Source of the DNA: Escherichia coli | GTDB lineage: Bacteria > Pseudomonadota > Gammaproteobacteria > Enterobacterales > Enterobacteriaceae | Assembly (NCBI RefSeq): GCF_013122565.1 | Contig: NZ_CP053258.1 | DNA length: 64,000 nt | Direction: 5' to 3' (one strand) | Shown here: positions 38,987 through 50,336 of the stretch, one piece after another | How positions within the stretch are numbered: the first letter of the stretch is position 1 | Layout of the letters: each line of letters opens with the position of its first letter | Notes under the pieces: model-generated | Told to the model about the DNA's origin: nothing | Seen by the model: the letters and a program-made list of their open reading frames with translations, nothing else | Databases searched by the model: none | Translations under genes and position numbers: made by a program

Positions 38987-39153
38987 TTTTTCTGTTCATC
39001 ATCTTGCCGTGCAGCTGGCACGGCAAGACAACCGCTCTCGGAAGATGTGCATTGAACGCTCATTCCTCCGCCATTTCATCCCGCTTTCCTGTGGTAATCT
39101 TCCTCTGAACCACCTACGATCATTTCTATAATGAATATATTGTTGAGGTATCT

Positions 39154-40017
39154 ATGCGTTGGCAAGGGCGACGTGAAAGTGACAATGTTGAAGACAGGCG
39201 CAACAGCTCTGGTGGTCCGTCTATGGGCGGTCCCGGTTTTCGCCTGCCGAGCGGTAAAGGCGGGCTGATTTTACTGATAGTCGTGCTGGTTGCAGGCTAC
39301 TATGGCGTTGATTTAACCGGGTTGATGACCGGACAGCCGGTTTCCCAACAGCAATCAACGCGGTCAATTAGCCCAAATGAAGACGAAGCTGCAAAATTCA
39401 CCTCGGTGATTCTGGCAACCACGGAAGACACCTGGGGACAACAGTTCGAAAAGATGGGTAAGACCTATCAGCAACCGAAGCTGGTCATGTACCGTGGAAT
39501 GACGCGCACCGGATGCGGGGCGGGCCAGTCCATTATGGGGCCGTTCTATTGCCCGGCGGATGGCACGGTTTATATCGATCTCTCCTTCTATGATGACATG
39601 AAAGACAAACTTGGCGCGGATGGCGATTTTGCCCAGGGGTACGTTATCGCCCATGAGGTCGGTCATCATGTGCAGAAACTGTTAGGCATCGAGCCGAAAG
39701 TTCGTCAACTGCAACAAAACGCGACGCAGGCGGAAGTAAACCGCTTATCTGTGCGTATGGAACTCCAGGCCGACTGTTTTGCCGGTGTCTGGGGGCATAG
39801 TATGCAGCAGCAAGGCGTTCTGGAAACCGGCGATCTGGAAGAGGCGCTGAACGCGGCGCAGGCCATCGGCGATGACCGTTTACAACAGCAAAGTCAGGGG
39901 CGAGTAGTACCAGACAGTTTCACTCATGGCACTTCTCAGCAACGCTACAGCTGGTTTAAACGTGGTTTCGACAGCGGCGATCCGGCACAATGCAATACTT
40001 TTGGTAAAAGCATTTAA
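39154..40017 (+). CDS. ypfJ: Putative zinc metallopeptidase YpfJ (N-terminal membrane anchor, HExxH)
   Basis: 287 aa; Gly-rich N-terminus then TM helix ([15 protein letters not shown]); HEVGHH zinc-binding motif; function not established. Confidence 0.85.
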
Positions 40018-40031
40018 CTTCCGGGGCAGGG

Positions 40032-42047
40032 ATGGCTGAACTGACTGCGCTTCACACATTAACAGCGCAAATGAAACGTGAAGGGATCCGCCGCTTGCTG
40101 GTGTTGAGCGGGGAAGAGGGTTGGTGTTTTGATCATGCGCTTAAGTTGCGTGATGCCTTACCTGGCGACTGGCTGTGGATTTCGCCGCAGCCAGATGCTG
40201 AAAACCACTGTTTACCCTCGGCGCTACAAACTTTACTTGGGCGCGAGTTCCGGCATGCGGTATTCGACGCCCGCCACGGCTTTGATGCCGCTGCCTTTGC
40301 GGCACTTAGCGGAACGTTGAAAGCGGGAAGTTGGCTGGTTTTGTTACTCCCTGTATGGGAAGAGTGGGAAAACCAACCTGATGCCGACTCGCTGCGCTGG
40401 AGTGATTGCCCTGACCCTATTGCGACGCCGCATTTTGTCCAGCATCTCAAACGCGTACTTACGGCGGATAACGACGCTATTCTCTGGCGGCAAAACCAGC
40501 CGTTCTCGTTGGCGCATTTTACTCCCCGTACTGACTGGCACCCCGCGACCGGCACACCACAACCAGAACAACAGCAACTCTTACAGCAGTTACTGACCAT
40601 GCCGCCGGGCGTGGCAGCGGTAACTGCTGCGCGTGGGCGCGGTAAATCGGCGTTGGCAGGGCAACTCATTTCTCGTATTGCGGGCAGTGCGATTGTCACC
40701 GCGCCCGCAAAAGCGGCAACGGATGTACTGGCACAATTTGCGGGCGAGAAGTTTCGCTTTATTGCACCGGATGCCTTGTTAGCCAGCGATGAGCAAGCCG
40801 ACTGGCTGGTGGTCGATGAAGCCGCAGCCATACCTGCGCCGTTGTTGCATCAACTGGTATCGCATTTTCCTCGAACGTTGTTAACCACTACGGTGCAGGG
40901 CTACGAAGGCACCGGACGTGGTTTTTTGCTGAAATTTTGCGCTCGCTTTCCACATTTACACCGTTTTGAACTGCAACAGCCGATCCGCTGGGCACAGGGA
41001 TGCCCGCTGGAAAAAATGGTTAGTGAGGCACTGGTTTTTGACGATGAAAACTTCACCCATACACCACAAGGCAATATTGTCATTTCCGCATTTGAACAGA
41101 CGTTATGGCGAATCGAGCCAGAAACGCCGTTAAAGGTTTATCAGTTATTGTCTGGTGCGCACTACCGGACTTCGCCGCTGGATTTACGCCGCATGATGGA
41201 TGCACCAGGGCAACATTTTTTACAGGCGGCTGGCGACAACGAGATTGCCGGGGCGCTGTGGCTGGTGGATGAGGGGGGATTATCTCAACAACTCAGTCAG
41301 GCGGTATGGGCAGGTTTTCGTCGCCCTCGGGGTAATCTGGTGGCCCAGTCGCTGGCGGCGCACGGTAGCAATCCACTGGCGGCGACATTGCGTGGACGAC
41401 GGGTCAGCCGGATAGCAGTTCATCCGGCTCGTCAGCGGGAAGGCACAGGGCGGCAACTTATTGCTGGTGCTTTGCAATATACGCAAGACCTCGACTATCT
41501 TTCGGTAAGTTTTGGTTACACCGGGGAGTTATGGCGTTTCTGGCAACGCTGCGGTTTTGTGCTGGTGCGAATGGGTAATCATCGTGAAGCCAGCAGCGGT
41601 TGCTATACGGCGATGGCGCTGTTACCGATGAGTGATGCGGGTAAACAGCTGGCTGAACGTGAGCATTACCGTTTACGTCGCGATGCGCAAGCTCTCGCAA
41701 AGTGGAATGGCGAAACGCTTCCTGTTGATCCACTAAACGATGCCGTCCTTTCTGACGACGACTGGCTTGAACTGGCCGGTTTTGCTTTCGCTCATCGTCC
41801 GCTATTAACATCGTTAGGTTGCTTATTGCGTCTGCTACAAACCAGTGAACTGGCATTACCGGCGCTGCGTGGGCGTTTACAGAAAAACGCCAGTGACGCG
41901 CAGTTATGTACCACACTTAAACTTTCAGGCCGCAAGATGTTACTGGTCCGTCAGCGGGAAGAGGCCGCGCAGGCGCTGTTCGCACTTAATGATGTTCGCA
42001 CTGAGCGTCTGCGCGATCGCATAACGCAATGGCAATTTTTTCACTGA
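40032..42047 (+). CDS. tmcA: tRNA(Met) cytidine acetyltransferase (helicase-like ATPase plus GNAT)
   Basis: 671 aa; Walker A (ARGRGKSA), C-terminal GNAT-like region; equals YpfI/TmcA. Confidence 0.9.
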   Translation: MAELTALHTLTAQMKREGIRRLLVLSGEEGWCFDHALKLRDALPGDWLWISPQPDAENHCLPSALQTLLGREFRHAVFDARHGFDAAAFAALSGTLKAGSWLVLLLPVWEEWENQPDADSLRWSDCPDPIATPHFVQHLKRVLTADNDAILWRQNQPFSLAHFTPRTDWHPATGTPQPEQQQLLQQLLTMPPGVAAVTAARGRGKSALAGQLISRIAGSAIVTAPAKAATDVLAQFAGEKFRFIAPDALLASDEQADWLVVDEAAAIPAPLLHQLVSHFPRTLLTTTVQGYEGTGRGFLLKFCARFPHLHRFELQQPIRWAQGCPLEKMVSEALVFDDENFTHTPQGNIVISAFEQTLWRIEPETPLKVYQLLSGAHYRTSPLDLRRMMDAPGQHFLQAAGDNEIAGALWLVDEGGLSQQLSQAVWAGFRRPRGNLVAQSLAAHGSNPLAATLRGRRVSRIAVHPARQREGTGRQLIAGALQYTQDLDYLSVSFGYTGELWRFWQRCGFVLVRMGNHREASSGCYTAMALLPMSDAGKQLAEREHYRLRRDAQALAKWNGETLPVDPLNDAVLSDDDWLELAGFAFAHRPLLTSLGCLLRLLQTSELALPALRGRLQKNASDAQLCTTLKLSGRKMLLVRQREEAAQALFALNDVRTERLRDRITQWQFFH

Positions 42048-42120
42048 CTCCTTCAATTTTCTCCCATGGTCATTGTGAGTCAGCGGCGTAAAATTAATGA
42101 CATCAGTTAAGGAGTTCGCC

Positions 42121-42819
42121 ATGAAACATGACCATTTTGTTGTTCAAAGCCCGGATAAACCTGCGCAACAGTTGTTACTGCTTTTCCACGGTGTCGGGGA
42201 TAACCCGGTGGCAATGGGGGAAATAGGCAGTTGGTTTGCGCCGCTATTTCCTGATGCGCTGGTGGTGAGTGTCGGAGGCGCGGAGCCGAGCGGTAATCCG
42301 GCGGGGCGTCAGTGGTTTTCGGTGCAGGGTATTACGGAAGATAATCGCCAGGCGCGTGTGGATGCCATCATGCCGACGTTTATTGAAACGGTGCGCTACT
42401 GGCAGAAACAGAGCGGAGTAGGGGCTAACGCCACGGCGCTAATCGGTTTCTCTCAAGGCGCGATTATGGCGCTGGAGAGCATTAAAGCCGAACCGGGCCT
42501 TGCCTCACGCGTCATTGCCTTTAACGGACGCTATGCGAGCCTGCCGGAAACCGCGTCTACAGCCACGACAATTCACCTGATTCATGGTGGTGAAGATCCG
42601 GTTATCGATCTGGCGCATGCGGTTGCGGCGCAGGAAGCGTTAATCAGTGCCGGTGGTGACGTGACGCTGGATATCGTGGAGGATTTAGGCCATGCGATCG
42701 ACAATCGCAGTATGCAATTTGCCCTGGATCACTTGCGTTATACCATTCCGAAACATTATTTCGACGAAGCGCTAAGTGGCGGTAAGCCTGGCGATGATGA
42801 TGTGATTGAAATGATGTAA
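42121..42819 (+). CDS. ypfH: Alpha/beta-hydrolase fold esterase (phospholipase/carboxylesterase family)
   Basis: ORF trimmed to MKHDHFVVQSPDKPAQQLLLLFHGVGDNP... (232 aa); GFSQG nucleophile elbow. Confidence 0.88.
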   Translation: MKHDHFVVQSPDKPAQQLLLLFHGVGDNPVAMGEIGSWFAPLFPDALVVSVGGAEPSGNPAGRQWFSVQGITEDNRQARVDAIMPTFIETVRYWQKQSGVGANATALIGFSQGAIMALESIKAEPGLASRVIAFNGRYASLPETASTATTIHLIHGGEDPVIDLAHAVAAQEALISAGGDVTLDIVEDLGHAIDNRSMQFALDHLRYTIPKHYFDEALSGGKPGDDDVIEMM

Positions 42820-42824
42820 TAATA

Positions 42825-42894
42825 GCCGGGTAGGCCTGATAAGACCGTATCAGGCATCATGGCCGGATGCGGCGTTAACGCCTTATCCGGCCAC
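42825..42894. repeat. REP element cluster between ypfH and ypfN
   Basis: gccgggtaggcctgataagaccgtatcaggc...ggccggatgcggcgttaacgccttatccggccac. Confidence 0.8.
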
Positions 42895-42899
42895 TTAGC

Positions 42900-43100
42900 T
42901 TACTTCTTCGGTTGATCCTTTTTCGGCCAGTCGTCGTCATCGTCCCACTTATCGTTGAAATCACGATGCGGGGGAAGCTCCGGCTTGTTGGCGAGAAATT
43001 TCTTATGGTCGACGCGCTTGAGATCTTTAATCACGTTCAGCAGGACGCCTACCAAAAAGACAATCACCAGAATCCACCAATATTTAGCCAGCCAGTCCAT
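42900..43100 (-). CDS. ypfN: Small membrane protein YpfN (UPF0370)
   Basis: ORF trimmed to [27 protein letters not shown]... (66 aa); one TM helix and an acidic DDDDDW tail. Confidence 0.8.
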
Positions 43101-43127
43101 GCTTATTTCCTCTTGCAGAACCACTCA

Positions 43128-44255
43128 TCAGGCGACGAGCTGTTCCATGATACGTTGATACATACGGGCAAGTAGCTGCAGGTCGGCAGCGTTCACACAT
43201 TCATTAATTTTATGAATAGTGGCATTGACCGGCCCGAGTTCCACCACCTGCGCCCCCATGCGAGCAATAAAGCGCCCGTCGGACGTTCCGCCTGTGGTCA
43301 GTAGCTGCGGTTTAATTTCATTATAGTGCTCAACCGCGTTAACGACCGCATCCACCAGTTTACCGCGCGCGGTCAAAAATGGCTGCCCGGAAAGCCACCA
43401 ATCCACCGTATAGCGCAGTTGATGTTTTTCAAGCAGGGCAAGCACCTGCGCTTTGATCATCTCATCAGTCAGTTCGGTGCTGAAGCGGAAGTTAAACTGC
43501 ACAAACAGTTCACCCGGAATAACGTTGTTACTGCCCGTTCCCGCCTGAATATTGGCAATCTGCATACTGGTCGCCGGGAAGAATTCATTGCCCTGATCCC
43601 ACTCAATAGCCACTAATTCATTAAGGAAAGGTGCTGCGCGATGTACCGGATTGTCAGCCAGATGTGGGTAGGCCACATGCCCCTGCACGCCATGAATGGT
43701 AAGGTTGCAGGTTAATGATCCGCGACGACCATTTTTCACCACATCACCTACCACTTCGATACTCGACGGTTCGCCGACCAGGCAGTAATCGAGACGCTCA
43801 TTACGCGCCATTAACGCTTCGACGACTTTTACCGTACCGTTGTGGGCACTGGCTTCTTCATCAGAAGTGATCAGAAATGCCAGTCGCCCCGTATGGTTGG
43901 GATGTTGTGCGACAAAACGTTCTGCCGCTACCACCATCGCCGCCAGCGAGCCTTTCATATCTGCCGCACCGCGCCCGAATAACATGCCGTCACGAATGGT
44001 TGGTTCAAACGGCGGATTGATCCAACGGTCGGCGTCGCCAGGCGGCACCACGTCGGTATGCCCGGCAAAGGCTAACGTTTCACCCTGCCCACGCCATGCC
44101 CAAAAATTCTGCGTATCGGCAAAGTCCATGCGTTCAACGGTAAAACCGATCGCCTGCAAACGTTCAATCAACAAAGCCTGGCATCCTGCGTCATCAGGAC
44201 TCAGGGAAGGGCGGCGAATAAGCTGTTGTGTCAGCTCAATAACCGGGCACGACAT
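43128..44255 (-). CDS. dapE: Succinyl-diaminopimelate desuccinylase
   Basis: 375 aa; [26 protein letters not shown]...; M20 peptidase family. Confidence 0.95.
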
Positions 44256-44258
44256 AGA

Positions 44259-44633
<375 letters not shown>

Positions 44634-44995
44634 TTATGAGAATAAATACTCATTTAAGAGTGAAAACATTTTGCCTGCAAATGATTATCAGGAAATATAA
44701 CATTATCGAAGTATTCAAATTAACAACTATTAAATAATATTAAACATTTTTAACGTAAACATTAAGAATATTCATCTTGTTATCTGTCTGTATTTTAACC
44801 AGAATTAAATAAGTATTAGATGCCGTATGAATATCTCGAAATGTTGCTGTGTATCACATACAAATCATCACCGCAGGACCATAGTATTTACATAAGGTTT
44901 GTCCCCCGGAGGTAGTCATCGCAGCAATCGAGTAAATTAGCTTCACCACGGTATATTGTTTCCGTAGAATACCCATAATTATAAGAGAGGTTGTT

Positions 44996-45055
44996 ATGAT
45001 TGAACGTGAACTGGGGAACTGGAAAGACTTTATCGAAGTTATGCTTCGTAAGTAA
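44996..45055 (+). CDS. ypfM: 19-aa small protein YpfM
   Basis: atg att gaa cgt gaa ctg ggg aac tgg aaa gac ttt atc gaa gtt atg ctt cgt aag taa = MIERELGNWKDFIEVMLRK, preceded by an AGAGAGG RBS; matches the reported E. coli small protein YpfM between yffB and acrD. Confidence 0.7.
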   Translation: MIERELGNWKDFIEVMLRK

Positions 45056-45115
45056 TTCCTGAGACAAAGTACAAACAGCAAGAACCCGCTGAGCAGGTTC
45101 TTAATCGGAAAGTTG

Positions 45116-45150
45116 AAAAAGGCGACACATTGGCATGTCGCCTTTTTTAT
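45116..45150. terminator. Bidirectional rho-independent terminator downstream of acrD and ypfM
   Basis: aaaaaggcgacacattggcatgtcgccttttttat: 8-bp stem flanked by an A-run and a T-run. Confidence 0.75.
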
Positions 45151-45153
45151 TGC

Positions 45154-48100
45154 TTATTCCGGGCGCGGCTTCAGCGGGAAGCGGCGGCGCACCAGCACAA
45201 AGAACAGCGGCACGAAGTAAATAGCCAGAATAGTAGCCGAAATCATCCCGCCCATTACGCCAGTACCCACCGCATGCTGACCACCGGAACCGGCACCCGT
45301 GCTGGTTGCCATTGGCAATACGCCGAAGATAAATGCCAGCGAGGTCATCAGAATCGGGCGTAAACGCTGACGGCAGGCGTGGAGCGTCGCTTCAAACAGG
45401 TCGTGGCCTTTTTGGTTCATCTCGTTAGCAAACTCGACGATCAGGATGGCGTTTTTCGCCGATAAACCAATGACCGTTAACAGGCCCACCTGGAAGTAAA
45501 CGTCGTTTTCCAGCCCGCGCATCCAGGTTGCCAGCAGCGCGCCGATAACCCCCAGCGGCACGACCAACATTACCGAGAACGGCACCGACCAGCTTTCATA
45601 CAATGCCGCCAGACACAGGAATACCACCAGCAAGGAAATGGCGTACAGCGCCGGAGCCTGCGCGCCGGAAAGCCGCTCCTGATACGACATCGCCGTCCAC
45701 TCCAGACCAAAGCCGTTTGGCAACTGCTTCACTAACGATTCCATAATATCCATCGCCGTACCGGTACTGACCCCCGGTGCGGCTTCCCCAACAATCTCAA
45801 CCGCAGAATAACCGTTATAGCGTTCCAGACGCGGCGAGCCTGTCTCCCAGCGTGAGGTCGCGAAAGCAGAGAAGGGCACCATGCCGCCATCTTTATTTCG
45901 GACATACCAGAGATTGATGTCATCTGGCAGCATGCGATACGGCGCAGCTGCCTGCACATAGACTTTCTTCACGCGACCGCGATCCATAAAGTCATTCACA
46001 TAGCTCGAACCCCAGGCGGTTTGCAGTGTGTCGTTAATATCGTCGATAGCAACGCCCAGCGCCTGAGCTTTACGCTGGTCGATATCAATCTGCAACTGCG
46101 GACTGTCGTCGAGGCCGTTATGGCGCACACGGGTTAGCTCCGGGTTTTCCGCCGCCAGCGCCAGCAACTGGTTACGTGCTGCCATCAGCGCATCGTGACC
46201 TGCTCCAGCGTGGTCCTGCAACTCCATATCAAAACCTGCAGAACTACCAAGACCGCTAATTGCTGGCGGGCTGCTGGCGATAACGCGAGCTTCTTTAATT
46301 TGGTTAAACGCCTTTGTTGCACGCTCGATAATGGCAAACGAGGTGCCGGTCTTACTGTCGCGTTCGCTCCAGTCTTTCAGGCGGATAAACATTCGCGCCA
46401 CGTTTTGCCCGTTGCCCCCAGGGCCAGAGCCAACGGTGGCAAACACCGACATGATGTTGTCTTTTTCATGGGTGAAGTAATATTTCTCGATTTGCTCAAC
46501 GACTTTCAGGGTCTGTTGTTGGGTTGAACCGCTGGGCAATTGTACCGAGGTAGTAAACATGCCACGGTCTTCCAGCGGTAAGAACGACGTCGGCAAACGC
46601 AGGAACAGGAACACCATGCCGCCAAGCAGCAGGACATAAATCACAATCCAGCGCAGGCTACGGTGGAGAATTTTCGCCACCCCTTTTTCGTAGCGTTCGG
46701 CGTTGCGGTTAAACATCTGGTTAAACCAGGCAAAAAAGCCTTTTTGCCCGTGATGCTCACCTTTTTTCAGTGGCTTAAGTAGCGTGGCACACAGAGCCGG
46801 AGTGAGGATCATCGCTACCAGTACTGACAGCACCATCGCCGCAACAATGGTAATAGAGAACTGGCGATAGATGGCACCGGTGGTGCCGCCGAAGAAGGCC
46901 ATTGGTACAAATACCGCCGAAAGCACCATCGCAATCCCGACCAGTGCCCCCTGGATCTGCCCCATCGATTTACGTGTGGCTTCGCGAGGAGTGAGTCCTT
47001 CCTCACTCATAATACGTTCGACGTTTTCCACCACCACGATGGCATCATCCACCAGCAGACCGATCGCCAGCACCATCGCGAACATGGTTAAGGTGTTGAC
47101 GCTGTAACCGAAGGCGTAAAGTACGGAGAAGGTTCCCATCAACACCACCGGCACGGCGATAGTGGGTATCAGCGTGGCGCGGAAGTTTTGCAGGAACAGA
47201 TACATAACGAGGAAAACCAGAGCGATAGCTTCCAGCAGCGTTTTCACCACGTCTTCAATGGAGGCTTTAACAAACGAGGTGGTTTCATATGCCACCTTGT
47301 ATTCCAGTCCGTGCGGGAAATACTGCGCCAGCTCGTCGAGACGATTGAGCACCAGCTCCGCTGTCGCCATTTCGTTAGCGCCGGAGGCCAGTTTTACCCC
47401 CAGCCCGGAGGCTGGCTTACCATTGAAGCGGCTAAGATAATCGTATTTCTCCGCCCCCATTTCGACGGTGGCGACATCGCCCAGCCTTACCTCTGAGCCG
47501 TCCTGATTCACCCGCAAGGTGATATCGCGGAACTGTTCTGGTGTTTGCAGCAGTGACTGGGCGTTAATGGTGGCGTTGAGCGCCTGCTTATCGACGGAAG
47601 GTGTACCCCCAAGTTGTCCAACCGCAATCTGCGCGTTCTGTGACTCAATGGCATCAGTGACATCTTTAGCCGTCATCTGGAAACTGTTGAGTTTCGCCGG
47701 GTCCAGCCAGATACGCATGGAATATTGCGAACCATAGGCATCGATATCCCCGACGCCATTCACGCGGCTTAACGGGTCCTGAATATTACTGGCAACATAA
47801 TCAGCAATATCCTGTTTATCCATCGAACCATCGGTAGAGACGAAGGCAATGGTCAGAATGTTGGTATCGCCGGTTTTACGCACCGTCACGCCCTGATTTT
47901 GCACCGCCTGCGGTAACTTTCGCATGGCTGATTGCAGCTGGTTTTGTACTTGCTGCACGGCTTCGTCCGGATCGGTGCCTGCTTTAAAACTTAAAGTGAC
48001 AGATGCCTGACCGGTGCCACTGCTCTGAGATGACATATACATGAGATTATCGAGGCCGGTCATATTTTGCTCGATAACCTGGGTCACGGTGTTTTCCAGC

Positions 48101-48267
48101 GTCTGGGCCGATGCGCCGGGATAGTTAGCGGTCACTCGCACATTCGGTGGCGCGAGATCGGGGTATTGTTCAACGGGCAATGAAAAAATCGCCAGGGTAC
48201 CTGTCAGACACAACAGGATTGCCAGCACCCAGGCAAAAATGGGGCGATCAATAAAGAAATTCGCCAT
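45154..48267 (-). CDS. acrD: RND-family aminoglycoside/multidrug efflux pump
   Basis: 1037 aa; [41 protein letters not shown]...; 12-TM RND transporter. Confidence 0.95.
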   Translation of the reverse strand: MANFFIDRPIFAWVLAILLCLTGTLAIFSLPVEQYPDLAPPNVRVTANYPGASAQTLENTVTQVIEQNMTGLDNLMYMSSQSSGTGQASVTLSFKAGTDPDEAVQQVQNQLQSAMRKLPQAVQNQGVTVRKTGDTNILTIAFVSTDGSMDKQDIADYVASNIQDPLSRVNGVGDIDAYGSQYSMRIWLDPAKLNSFQMTAKDVTDAIESQNAQIAVGQLGGTPSVDKQALNATINAQSLLQTPEQFRDITLRVNQDGSEVRLGDVATVEMGAEKYDYLSRFNGKPASGLGVKLASGANEMATAELVLNRLDELAQYFPHGLEYKVAYETTSFVKASIEDVVKTLLEAIALVFLVMYLFLQNFRATLIPTIAVPVVLMGTFSVLYAFGYSVNTLTMFAMVLAIGLLVDDAIVVVENVERIMSEEGLTPREATRKSMGQIQGALVGIAMVLSAVFVPMAFFGGTTGAIYRQFSITIVAAMVLSVLVAMILTPALCATLLKPLKKGEHHGQKGFFAWFNQMFNRNAERYEKGVAKILHRSLRWIVIYVLLLGGMVFLFLRLPTSFLPLEDRGMFTTSVQLPSGSTQQQTLKVVEQIEKYYFTHEKDNIMSVFATVGSGPGGNGQNVARMFIRLKDWSERDSKTGTSFAIIERATKAFNQIKEARVIASSPPAISGLGSSAGFDMELQDHAGAGHDALMAARNQLLALAAENPELTRVRHNGLDDSPQLQIDIDQRKAQALGVAIDDINDTLQTAWGSSYVNDFMDRGRVKKVYVQAAAPYRMLPDDINLWYVRNKDGGMVPFSAFATSRWETGSPRLERYNGYSAVEIVGEAAPGVSTGTAMDIMESLVKQLPNGFGLEWTAMSYQERLSGAQAPALYAISLLVVFLCLAALYESWSVPFSVMLVVPLGVIGALLATWMRGLENDVYFQVGLLTVIGLSAKNAILIVEFANEMNQKGHDLFEATLHACRQRLRPILMTSLAFIFGVLPMATSTGAGSGGQHAVGTGVMGGMISATILAIYFVPLFFVLVRRRFPLKPRPE

Positions 48268-48337
48268 TAAAAGAGGACCTCGTGTTTCTGCGTATCGTTG
48301 TAGGCTTGACTTGCTTCACTGTAGCGGCAAGGTACGA

Positions 48338-48355
48338 GCCAATCGTGGAGAAAAA
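48338..48355 (-). promoter_or_regulatory. BaeR-box-like site in the acrD promoter
   Basis: Minus-strand TTTTTCTCCACGATTGGC closely matches the reported BaeR consensus TTTTTCTCCATDATTGGC, about 70-90 bp upstream of the acrD start. Confidence 0.6.
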
Positions 48356-48430
48356 AAGGAGTTAATGTAAATTATCATGCCCTTTTATACTGAACCTTAA
48401 GTGCAAGTATTCTTTGGTCAGTAGGAGGCA

Positions 48431-50131
48431 TTACATCAACTGACTTTCCTCACCCTCCGCAGAGCGAAAGCTAATACTCACTAACGTGCCGCCGCCGGAA
48501 GGTTGTGAAAAAGTCAGCGTCCCACCTAGCCGTTCCGCGCGTTCGCGCATGATATTCAGACCATAATGACCTTCGGGTTCTTTCGGTTCACCGATACCAA
48601 TCCCGTTATCACGGATATAAACCGTGTGATTGCCGTCCGGCGCGGTGACGCAGCTAACGGCGATTTCGCTGGCGTTGGCGTGCTTCATCGCATTCAGCAC
48701 CGCTTCGCGAATAATTTGCAACAAATGCACCTGCATTTGCGCATCCAGTGCCAGGGTTGGCAGACGGCAGTCGAGGGTCAGTTTGGCGCTGGTTTGATTT
48801 TGTAACGTATCCAGCATTTCCCTCAACGCGGAGGGGAGATCCGCCTGCTGCAGCGTCAGGCGGAAAGTAGTCAACAGCTCGCGTAACTGCCGATAAGCAT
48901 CATTCAACGCCTGGGAAAAATCGGCCATGATACTTTGTGCGGTGGCGTTATCTTCCGGTATCGAACGCTTCAGTAACGTCAACTGGATACGTAAGTAAGA
49001 AAGTACCTGAGCCAGCGAGTCGTGCAGTTCGCGGGCGATGGTCGCACGTTCTTCCATCAACAATAACTGCTGAAAATGCTTCTGCGCCTGATTAAAGTAC
49101 AAACCGCGTCCCAGCATCGATGAAACACTGTTAAGCAGCGGTTCTGATGAGGAAACGTGACTATTTTGCCAGTGCAGTTCACCGTAAACCGTCTCTTGCA
49201 TTGTCACCGGTAAAATCTGCATCGGCAATTCCGGGTTTGGTTGCCCTTCGCTAATCCGCCAGTTTTCACCGACATTTAACTCCAGATATTCAGCCGCTTC
49301 ATTGTCGCGAACAATCTGCAAAATATGGCGGAAACAATGCACATCAATCTGGCTGGTGTTCAGCGCCTGCGAACATTGATACAACACCTCCAGACGACGC
49401 TTGGCCTCGTGGAGATCGCGAGTTTTTTCTTCTACCGACGCCTCCAGCGAACGGTACAATTTATGTAGCTCGCTCGACATCTGGTTAAAGGTTTTTGCAA
49501 GCAGGCCAAGCTCATTCGGCAGGCTGGTATCCAGCGGTGGCGAGTCGAACTGCCCGTGTTCAATACGCTGACTGGCGGTAACCAGCTGATTCAGCGGGGC
49601 AACCACCTGATGGCGTATGCGGCGCAAAGTAAAAAAGACCAGCGTGAAAATACCGATGCCGCCAGCCAGGGAAATCGCCACCACCAGCAGCATTTTGCGT
49701 TCAGCGTAGTGCTGTAAAGCCAGCACGAACAGGTCTATCTGATTAACATAATTATTAATATTGGCCTGATACCACGGCAAATCACCCTTGCTGAGCCGAT
49801 TATTCATCTCCAGCCAGTTGGCATTCAGATGCGCATAGCGGGTTTTTACTGCTTCTGGCACATACCAGACGTTGAGATTGGTTAATACTGGTGAATGCAG
49901 TGCCTGCTGAAATAACTGGCGATGTGCATTGAGTTGTGGACTGCCACTTTGCAAGTCGTAGCCCAGGCGGTAACTCTGCATACGCAGCGATCCGGCAATA
50001 TTGATAGCCTCAGCGTCGCGCAAACTGCTCGCCAGAGTTAGCAGAGCGATACCCGTGGAAAGAATCGACAGCAGCACAATGTAAAAAAAGGCCCGGGCCA
50101 GACTGGCCGAGACGGGTCGTTTAACAATCAC
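48431..50131 (-). CDS. narQ: Nitrate/nitrite sensor histidine kinase
   Basis: ORF 48431..50146; I trimmed it to the GTG at 50131 (VIVKRPVSASLARAFFYIV...) to give the 566-aa NarQ I recall; the ATG at 50146 is an alternative start; HAMP and HisKA_3/HATPase domains. Confidence 0.9.
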   Translation of the reverse strand: MIVKRPVSASLARAFFYIVLLSILSTGIALLTLASSLRDAEAINIAGSLRMQSYRLGYDLQSGSPQLNAHRQLFQQALHSPVLTNLNVWYVPEAVKTRYAHLNANWLEMNNRLSKGDLPWYQANINNYVNQIDLFVLALQHYAERKMLLVVAISLAGGIGIFTLVFFTLRRIRHQVVAPLNQLVTASQRIEHGQFDSPPLDTSLPNELGLLAKTFNQMSSELHKLYRSLEASVEEKTRDLHEAKRRLEVLYQCSQALNTSQIDVHCFRHILQIVRDNEAAEYLELNVGENWRISEGQPNPELPMQILPVTMQETVYGELHWQNSHVSSSEPLLNSVSSMLGRGLYFNQAQKHFQQLLLMEERATIARELHDSLAQVLSYLRIQLTLLKRSIPEDNATAQSIMADFSQALNDAYRQLRELLTTFRLTLQQADLPSALREMLDTLQNQTSAKLTLDCRLPTLALDAQMQVHLLQIIREAVLNAMKHANASEIAVSCVTAPDGNHTVYIRDNGIGIGEPKEPEGHYGLNIMRERAERLGGTLTFSQPSGGGTLVSISFRSAEGEESQLM

Positions 50132-50336
50132 ACGCGTCTTCTCCACAAAAAATCATTAATGTTCCAGTTCGCTGAAACGCAATTTAGTCAGTGATGGGAT
50201 TATTTGATCTGCCACAGTTTATAGCGAAATAGTTACTTATTCTGGGCACATGAACATTGCCGATTCCCCTGTAAGTCGGGTAATAACAACACTCATATAA
50301 AGAATAAGGTTTTTACAACCAAAAAAGAAGGTCGTT

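Noticed and set aside
44854-45081. 75-aa minus-strand ORF overlapping ypfM
   Set aside because: It is antisense to the ypfM micro-ORF, which has a good RBS and matches a reported small protein; the 75-aa translation is low-complexity and starts inside an AT-rich tract.
50147-50336. Possible FNR or NarL/NarP sites in the divergent narQ-aegA promoter region
   Set aside because: Only an isolated TTGAT half-site (tatttgatctgcc) without the symmetric partner was seen, and no clear NarL heptamer pair could be identified by eye; this is too weak to report without a matrix scan.
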